DNA of 64,000 nt, taken from positions 17,402 to 81,401 of the forward strand of contig CAMBMU010000001.1 of NCBI GenBank assembly GCA_945868725.1, written 5' to 3'. Shown here piece after piece: positions 57,246 to 64,000 of the stretch (position 1 is its first letter; each line of letters opens with the position of its first letter). Below the pieces are notes generated by a model that did no database searches, had not been told where the DNA came from, and worked only from the letters and a program-made list of their open reading frames with translations. Source of the stretch: Spirosoma fluviale. GTDB taxonomy: Bacteria > Bacteroidota > Bacteroidia > Cytophagales > Cyclobacteriaceae. Position numbers and translations under genes: made by a program.

Positions 57246-59873
57246 TTATCGGTAGGTAGCGGTAAAGAATTGGAGGTATTCTTCCAGGTCTTTGTTTTTA
57301 TTTAAAACTTGGAAGTTTTCTATTGAAATAAAGAAGGACTTGGTTTTTACTTCATCCTTCAGTCCATTAGAGGTGAATTTTTCCTGAAAGGTTTTCAAAT
57401 AGCTCATGGCCTTCTCTGCATCAGAGAAAGGGCTGATGATGTAAATGGATAGGTCTGCACTCAAATTCATATTTCCTGTTCGCAACCTAGCATTTCCGAA
57501 GGACTGGGTATGAAATGTTTCTAGATCTCCAAGCAAATTCTTGGCCGTTTCCACATCTGCTGGTGTCAAGGCCAGTACAAATATATGGGTTTGGTCATCA
57601 GTTGCTTTGTAAGGGCTTTCCTTTACTAGTGATTCTGAAACTTTTTCTTTGGATTCATCATTTTCTGTGACAAGATTTTCCTTCGCTACAGCCAAGGGAC
57701 TTGCTTTAGCGGCAAGTTCTTCGGAGCTCAGCAGTGGCTGCAACATGGCCTTGGCTAAAATGATCAACTCTTGCTCTTTTGCATTTTGGATAAACTCTTC
57801 AAGTTTGTATTTGAATTGTTCCCTACTTTCTTGCTTACCCGTGACCATGGCATTGAGAAGTAGGAGTTTTTCCGTGTTTCGGGTCAAGGGATATTTTTCG
57901 AGGGTGGCAAAAATCAACTCCCTCGCTTGGGAATAATTCCCAGAATAGTAGGCATCGTAGGCCTGTTCATACCCTTTTGCTGATTCCAAAGACCCTTTAT
58001 TCCCTGCTCCAGCCTCCGGATTGTTCACCGAGAAGGTGTAAGGGGATTCGGGAAATTCAATATTCAGAAGTTGGGCATAGGTGTCTGCGCTGCCCATCAA
58101 TTCTTTTTGCCCCAAATAGAGCAGGTAGTAGGCTTCTGGTTTTTTTACGGTCTTTGGATACTTTTTAATAAGTTGATCGAGGTATTCCCCACTTCGTTGG
58201 GGTTCCTTTAATTGAAAAAACAGCACTTTACCCAATTCAAAGTACGAGTCCTCCAACTCATTATTTGCCAGGTCCAGTTGCTCAGGGCTCCTAGGGATTG
58301 AAGCAAGCAAGGATTCTAGAGAGGGGAGGCCTGTGGAATCTGTAGCAGCGTCTGCTCCCAGCAATGCTTCGTCAGATGAGAGCGGTGTAGCAGCTTGCGC
58401 ACTGGTTTGGAATAGGGCAGCTTTTCGTCTCCAATTATCTTCTAGGGGGCGATTACCCCAAGTACGCACGAAATCAATAGCTCCTTGTTGTAGGGCGGCA
58501 CCATTCCCAAAGTAGAAGGTAGATTCGTTTCCTGTATCTCCAAAGGCTAATAAATTGTCGAAAATTGAGGAGGACTTAGCTGGATTAGCCTCTTTTTTCA
58601 AATCCGCTAGGCGCTGCTTTTCGCTGACAATAAATTCTTGAGCTCTAAGGAGTTGCTCTCCCTCAGACAAGGATGCCAGCTGGATCAAGCTGTCTTTTTT
58701 TCCGATCCGCTCGAAATGGAACACATAGGTGTCCAAACTCGTCTTTTTTTCCTTGAGCTGTTGGGCCACAGGATCTTCGGCTTGGATGAATTTCAGTGCG
58801 CTGTCTAGGTAGTATTTGGTGGCTCGATAGTCTTTAAATTGATCGAGCTTGATTTCTGCAAGCTTTTGGTAGATGTATCCCTTCACTCGGGGAATAGAAC
58901 CGGCTTCCTTTGCCGCTTGATGCAAAAGTTCAAGGGTTAAGGGGATGTCGTTTTGTTTTTCTTCAAACAAGGCTCTTTCAAAAATTACGACATCTTTAAG
59001 GTCTTTATTTTTTGGGTCCTTGTAAAGGCCTTCGTAATAGTTGCGAACCTTCTTTAGGTCTTTGGTGGCATTGAGTTCGGCCACCTGCTGTGCAAAAAGG
59101 GTGGCAAAAAAGGAGCGTTCGTAAGAGGGGTTTCCTTCCAAGGATTTCTGAAAATAATCAAACGCAAGGGCATCTAAACCTTCCCGCTGGTACCGTTGTG
59201 CCAGAATAAAGTAGAGTCTGGAGCGCTCTTTTTTATCTGAAGTATAGTTTAAAGCGCGGTCAAGGGCGCCGATTACCCCATTCTGATCTCCCCTTTTTTC
59301 ATAATAATAGGCTAGGGTTTTGTACAAGTCAAAGGTATTATCGCTGTTGATTTCGGTTTCTTTGGACAGGTAATCGATGGTAAAGTTGGCCTCCTCTATT
59401 GCATCCTGGTCGATGTAGCCATGAAGTAAGCTGATTAGCGCTTTGTGTCGCAGGTCCTTGTCCTTGCTTTGGCTATTGACATAGCGGAAGGTGTTTTTGG
59501 CATCATCGACACGTGCTTGGAGGTAGTCAATTTTCCCAATTAAGTAGTAGCTGTCGTCCACCCACTTTGAAATCCGATGCCAGTCGATGGCTTTGGAGGA
59601 AAGCTCCCGGGCAGAATCTAGGGAAACTTTGTTTTCTTGGATAGTAGCTGAATCAATGGGGATAAATACAGGGAGAATTTGTGTGTAGTCCTCCTTGTAC
59701 TTTTCAATTACCTGATCTTCTGCGGCTTTGATTTTGGTATCCGCTAGAAAATAGGCGTTGTAGTGGGACGTAAGGTTGTGGAAAGCACGGTTGGTAAAGG
59801 TATTTCGCTGGGAGGAGCAAGCCGCCAAAAAGAATATCACCAATCCTAAAGTACACCTTACTTGTTTGCGCAT
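57246..59873 (-). CDS. sprE: TPR lipoprotein, SprE/PorW-like T9SS component
   Basis: Lipobox LAA-C; FHNLTSHYNAYF, SKWVDDSY and FYF...WGNRPLEDNWRR motifs with TPR repeats. ATG at 59873. Confidence 0.78.
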   Translation of the reverse strand: MRKQVRCTLGLVIFFLAACSSQRNTFTNRAFHNLTSHYNAYFLADTKIKAAEDQVIEKYKEDYTQILPVFIPIDSATIQENKVSLDSARELSSKAIDWHRISKWVDDSYYLIGKIDYLQARVDDAKNTFRYVNSQSKDKDLRHKALISLLHGYIDQDAIEEANFTIDYLSKETEINSDNTFDLYKTLAYYYEKRGDQNGVIGALDRALNYTSDKKERSRLYFILAQRYQREGLDALAFDYFQKSLEGNPSYERSFFATLFAQQVAELNATKDLKKVRNYYEGLYKDPKNKDLKDVVIFERALFEEKQNDIPLTLELLHQAAKEAGSIPRVKGYIYQKLAEIKLDQFKDYRATKYYLDSALKFIQAEDPVAQQLKEKKTSLDTYVFHFERIGKKDSLIQLASLSEGEQLLRAQEFIVSEKQRLADLKKEANPAKSSSIFDNLLAFGDTGNESTFYFGNGAALQQGAIDFVRTWGNRPLEDNWRRKAALFQTSAQAATPLSSDEALLGADAATDSTGLPSLESLLASIPRSPEQLDLANNELEDSYFELGKVLFFQLKEPQRSGEYLDQLIKKYPKTVKKPEAYYLLYLGQKELMGSADTYAQLLNIEFPESPYTFSVNNPEAGAGNKGSLESAKGYEQAYDAYYSGNYSQARELIFATLEKYPLTRNTEKLLLLNAMVTGKQESREQFKYKLEEFIQNAKEQELIILAKAMLQPLLSSEELAAKASPLAVAKENLVTENDESKEKVSESLVKESPYKATDDQTHIFVLALTPADVETAKNLLGDLETFHTQSFGNARLRTGNMNLSADLSIYIISPFSDAEKAMSYLKTFQEKFTSNGLKDEVKTKSFFISIENFQVLNKNKDLEEYLQFFTATYR

Positions 59874-59997
59874 GGTTTTCTGGTACAAATCAAGCCACCA
59901 AATTAGGGCTTTTACCTCAGTTACCGAACGAAGGGGTAAAGGTATTATTCTCATGAGCCGGTGAATTTTTGCTGATGGAATCCATTAACTTTAAAAA

Positions 59998-60234
59998 ATG
60001 ACATCAAATCAGTCCAATTCCAATTCGAATAGGCCTCAGGGACCTCCCACTTGGGTCAAATACATGGGCTTATCCTTCCAGCTCTTGGCCATCATTGGAG
60101 GAGGGACTGCTCTTGGCTGGTGGATACAGCAGCAATCGGGGATGAAATTTCCTTTGTGGCTGCTACTTTGTACTTTTAGTGCTGTCGCCCTTGCTTTTTA
60201 TTCGTTATGGAGAGCGATGCGCCAGGAAATGTAG
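59998..60234 (+). CDS. AtpZ/AtpI family small membrane protein
   Basis: KYMGLSFQLLAII.G.T.LGWW pattern, 2 TM, at the head of the atp operon. Confidence 0.8.
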   Translation: MTSNQSNSNSNRPQGPPTWVKYMGLSFQLLAIIGGGTALGWWIQQQSGMKFPLWLLLCTFSAVALAFYSLWRAMRQEM

Positions 60235-60279
60235 GGGATTTACTAAATTTGAGGTAATTTTAAAACTTTCTGTAGCCCT

Positions 60280-60663
60280 ATGAAACTTCCCGCTTCCCTC
60301 CACCTTCGGTATTTATATTTTTCGCTGCTGGGGGCAGGAATTGTACTGATTACCCGTTTTACATTACCTCAGATGGTCCATAATGATATCTGGGTTATTT
60401 TTGGATTTATCGCGGGGCTCTACTACTTACTTGGTTTGATGACGAACTGGTTGAATTCTCAATCTTCAGAAAATTTTATGCAAATCAAGTTACTCGGAAT
60501 GCTCATTCGTATTCTAAGTTTTTTGGGGTTTATAGGCATCTTCACTTTCCTTAAAACGGAAAATATTATTCTGTTTATTGTCAATTCTTTTCTAATTTTT
60601 TTGTCTTACCTAATTTTTGATATCTACTCCTTTATTTCTAACTTGCGCCCGAATTCAAAGTAG
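60280..60663 (+). CDS. Hypothetical 4-TM protein (AtpI-like position)
   Basis: 127 aa, hydrophobic, immediately before atpB. Confidence 0.7.
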   Translation: MKLPASLHLRYLYFSLLGAGIVLITRFTLPQMVHNDIWVIFGFIAGLYYLLGLMTNWLNSQSSENFMQIKLLGMLIRILSFLGFIGIFTFLKTENIILFIVNSFLIFLSYLIFDIYSFISNLRPNSK

Positions 60664-60682
60664 CCTTCTTAAAAACGAGTAA

Positions 60683-61726
60683 ATGACGCGCAAATTTTTG
60701 GTACTAAGTCTTTTATTTTCAGTGGTTTTACTGAATTTCTCTAGCGTGTCTTTTGCTGCTGGTATGGAAGCGGAAGAAGGCAAAGAAGATCCCACCGAGT
60801 TCATCATGCACCACATCAAGGATTCGCACGAATGGCATTTTGTTACGGTAGGTCATACCCACATTACCTTGCCGCTGCCGGTGATTACCTATGCTTCTGA
60901 TAGAGGGTTTGAATTTTACAATTCAAGCGATTTTCAAGATCCTCAAACACACAAATTCGGTAAGGAGTTTGCCCATAATGGTATTTATATAGATGATCAC
61001 GATCATTTGGGAAGAGCAGATGGGGCTTCGATTCTTGATTTTTCTATTACTAAGAATGTGGTAATGCTATTTTTGGTGATTGCATTTGTGCTGTACATCT
61101 CTATTTCAGCAGCTCGGCATTACCAAAAAAATGGGGCAGTAGCTCCTAAAGGGGTGGCATCATTTGTCGAACCCATCGTTATTTTTGTGCGCGATGAAAT
61201 TGCACTCAAGTCCATTGGACCTAAGTACAAAAAATTTGTCCCTTACCTATTGACTTTGTTTTTCTTCATTTGGACAGGTAACTTATTGGGGCTTCTTCCT
61301 GGAGCCGCTAACCTTACAGGTAATATTGCGGTGACCTGTACCCTAGCGATGATCACTTTTGTGATTGTCAATGTCAATGGCAACAAGAACTATTGGAAGC
61401 ATGTTTTTGCAACTCCAGGGGTGCCTGCTGCGCTATTGCCGATCATGGTGGTAGTCGAATTTATTGGTTTGTTTACTAAACCCTTTGCCTTGATGGTCAG
61501 ATTATTCGTCGCCATCACAGCTGGACACATTGTGATCCTATCCTTTATTGCCTTGGTATTCATTTTTGAATCCTACTCCATCGGCATCCTATCTACGATC
61601 ATGGTGGCCTCCATCAATATCATTGAGTTGCTCGTAGCCACTATTCAAGCCTATGTGTTCACCTTATTCTCTGCGATGTACATTGGCGGGGCGGTAGCTG
61701 AACACGAGCACGACGATCACCATTAA
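60683..61726 (+). CDS. atpB: F0F1 ATP synthase subunit a
   Basis: IMHHIKDSH, SITKNV, NLTGNI, KPFALMVRLF, AGH and IQAYVFTLFSAMYIG motifs. Confidence 0.97.
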   Translation: MTRKFLVLSLLFSVVLLNFSSVSFAAGMEAEEGKEDPTEFIMHHIKDSHEWHFVTVGHTHITLPLPVITYASDRGFEFYNSSDFQDPQTHKFGKEFAHNGIYIDDHDHLGRADGASILDFSITKNVVMLFLVIAFVLYISISAARHYQKNGAVAPKGVASFVEPIVIFVRDEIALKSIGPKYKKFVPYLLTLFFFIWTGNLLGLLPGAANLTGNIAVTCTLAMITFVIVNVNGNKNYWKHVFATPGVPAALLPIMVVVEFIGLFTKPFALMVRLFVAITAGHIVILSFIALVFIFESYSIGILSTIMVASINIIELLVATIQAYVFTLFSAMYIGGAVAEHEHDDHH

Positions 61727-62029
<303 letters not shown>

Positions 62030-62041
62030 GACAAAATGAAT

Positions 62042-62073
62042 AGGGATTGGCGCTAGGCCAATCCCTTTCTTTT
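62042..62073 (+). terminator. Intra-operon hairpin after atpE
   Basis: AGGGATTGGC-GCTAG-GCCAATCCCT followed by TTCTTTT. Confidence 0.7.
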
Positions 62074-62102
62074 GAACAAAAACGAAATTAATCCTCTCTA
62101 CT

Positions 62103-62597
62103 ATGGATCTAATCATACCTAGTGCCGGTCTGATTTTCTGGCAATTATTCGGCTTCTTAGCCCTTTTGTTTATTCTAGTCAAATTTGCTTGGAAGCCTAT
62201 GTTGGCCTCCTTGGCTGAACGTGAGGCCAGCATTGATGGCGCATTAAAGTTAGCTGAGCAAGCTAGAAACGAGATGGCCAACTTGAAGGTAGAAAATGAA
62301 AAACTACTTCAGGAGGCTAGATTGGAGCGCGATGTTATTTTGAGCAAAGCACATGATGCTTCTCTTAAAATGATTGAAGCTGCCAAATCCGAGTCGTCCA
62401 AGCAGGGCGCTCTGTTGATTGCGTCCGCCAAAGCGGTAATTGAAACAGAGAAGAAAGCAGCTTTAACAGAAGTGAAAAATCAGGTTGCTTTATTGACCTT
62501 GGAAGTAACTGAAAAGCTACTCCGCAAGAAATTAGGGGACGACAAAGCTCAGGTAGAGCTTGTAGACCAGTTTATCAAAGACCTTAAGCTTAACTAA
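62103..62597 (+). CDS. atpF: F0F1 ATP synthase subunit b
   Basis: PSAGLIFWQ, KFAWKPML and EREASI motifs followed by a coiled coil. Confidence 0.96.
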   Translation: MDLIIPSAGLIFWQLFGFLALLFILVKFAWKPMLASLAEREASIDGALKLAEQARNEMANLKVENEKLLQEARLERDVILSKAHDASLKMIEAAKSESSKQGALLIASAKAVIETEKKAALTEVKNQVALLTLEVTEKLLRKKLGDDKAQVELVDQFIKDLKLN

Positions 62598-62603
62598 TTC
62601 GCC

Positions 62604-63164
62604 ATGTCTAACCAGCGAGTTGCCTCCCGGTACGCCAAATCAATATTGGATTTGTCCATAGAAAAAGGACAGCTGGAAGGGGTTTTTGAAGATTTCAAGT
62701 CTTTAGCAGCGATGGGCAAAAGCACTCGCGAGTTAGGCCTTGCGCTTTCAAACCCAGTATTGGGCTCGGATAAAAAATTAAATGTACTAAAAGCACTTTT
62801 TGCCAAAGGATCTAGCCCCTTGACGCTTTCCTTTTTTCAAATAATTTCTAGAAAAAACAGAGAAGATATCCTCTTGGATGTGGCAAAAGAGTTTGTGGTA
62901 CAGTACAACTTGTACCGTTCCATTCAGGTGGCAGAAGTCACCACCACAACTGCACTTACAGAAGGGCAGCGCAACCAGTTGGTGGCTTTAGTGAAGCAGA
63001 TCAGCGGGATGAAGGAAGTACAACTTGAAGAAAAGATTAACCCCTCACTGATTGGAGGATTTGTGCTCAAGGTCAATGACCGACAGCTTGATGAATCCAT
63101 CAGCAGCAAGCTCAATGCGCTACGCATCCAGTTTGCTCAAAATCATTACGAAAAACAGTTTTAA
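62604..63164 (+). CDS. atpH: F0F1 ATP synthase subunit delta
   Basis: VASRYAKS, SLIGGF and LDESI motifs. Confidence 0.96.
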   Translation: MSNQRVASRYAKSILDLSIEKGQLEGVFEDFKSLAAMGKSTRELGLALSNPVLGSDKKLNVLKALFAKGSSPLTLSFFQIISRKNREDILLDVAKEFVVQYNLYRSIQVAEVTTTTALTEGQRNQLVALVKQISGMKEVQLEEKINPSLIGGFVLKVNDRQLDESISSKLNALRIQFAQNHYEKQF

Positions 63165-63189
63165 CAAAAATACTTAACCGTATCCAATC

Positions 63190-64000
63190 ATGGCAGAAGT
63201 AAGACCTGATGAAGTTTCAGCAATTTTGAGAGAACAACTCTCTGGTGCCAGAACTGAAGCCGAACTAGAAGAAGTGGGAACAGTCCTCCAAGTAGGGGAT
63301 GGTGTTGCCCGTATCTATGGACTTTCTAAGGCGCAGGCCGGTGAATTGTTGGAGTTTGAAAATGGCCTAAAGGCTATGGTGCTCAACCTCGAAGAGGACA
63401 ACGTGGGTGCTGTACTTTTTGGAGACTCCAAAGGAGTAAAAGAAGGTGATACCGTCAAGAGAACGAAAAAGATTGCTTCCATCATGGCCGGTGAAGGCAT
63501 GTTGGGCCGAGTGGTCAACACCCTAGGTAATCCTATCGATGGCAAGGGGCCAATCACTGGCAACTTGTATGAAATGCCTTTGGAAAGAAAAGCTCCAGGT
63601 GTGATCTACCGTCAACCTGTAACAGAGCCGCTTCAAACGGGCATCAAATCCATTGATGCGATGATCCCAATTGGACGTGGACAGCGTGAATTGGTGATTG
63701 GTGACCGTCAAACAGGTAAAACTGCAGTTGTAATTGACGCCATCCTTAACCAACGTGAATTTTACGATAAAGGTGAGCCCGTATTCTGCATCTATGTGGC
63801 TATCGGACAAAAAGCTTCTACTGTAGCGGGTGTGGTGGCTACCCTTGAAAAAGGCGGAGCTCTCCCATACACAGTGGTAGTAGCAGCCCCTGCTTCTGAG
63901 CCAGCGCCGATGCAATTCTTCGCGCCATTTACTGGTGCTGCAATCGGTGAATTCTTTAGAGACACCGGTCGTCCAGCCCTAGTGATTTACGATGACCTTT
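63190..64000 (+). CDS. atpA: F0F1 ATP synthase subunit alpha (5' part; runs off window edge)
   Basis: Manual translation gives [17 protein letters not shown]...[11 protein letters not shown]...[17 protein letters not shown]. Confidence 0.97.
   Translation, partial: MAEVRPDEVSAILREQLSGARTEAELEEVGTVLQVGDGVARIYGLSKAQAGELLEFENGLKAMVLNLEEDNVGAVLFGDSKGVKEGDTVKRTKKIASIMAGEGMLGRVVNTLGNPIDGKGPITGNLYEMPLERKAPGVIYRQPVTEPLQTGIKSIDAMIPIGRGQRELVIGDRQTGKTAVVIDAILNQREFYDKGEPVFCIYVAIGQKASTVAGVVATLEKGGALPYTVVVAAPASEPAPMQFFAPFTGAAIGEFFRDTGRPALVIYDDL

Overview
The window is a gene-dense, mostly core-genome stretch from a Bacteroidota bacterium, most likely Cytophagales/Cyclobacteriaceae (Algoriphagus-like). This placement is inferred from protein styles, TAnnTTTG promoters and gene order, with no database search. 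It carries partial mreB, rimP-nusA-infB, cstA, accD, a lone nqrF, an arginase-like/cytochrome b5/sugar kinase/murQ operon, an RluB-type pseudouridine synthase, the nadK-porG-uppS-bamA-skp-skp cluster, serS, the nusB-yajC-coaE cluster, leucine dehydrogenase, an ABC half-transporter, two PPIases, an RsbU/V/W-like partner-switching module, hemW-dciA, the type IX secretion core (porP-gldKLMN and an sprE/porW-like gene), uvrC, PBP1A and the start of the atp operon. I found no rRNA, tRNA, CRISPR, transposase or phage gene. Two things are least explained. The first is a heptamer-based (GYYNACN) repeat family, which forms two tandem arm-spacer-inverted-arm units at 37070-37393 and a lone array at 29781-29815, both between convergent genes. 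The second is a three-gene cassette at 5776-8935: a PPP-ending putative leader protein, an outer-membrane beta-barrel, and a lipoprotein vanadium-haloperoxidase/PAP2 enzyme with an internally duplicated, degenerate N-terminal domain.
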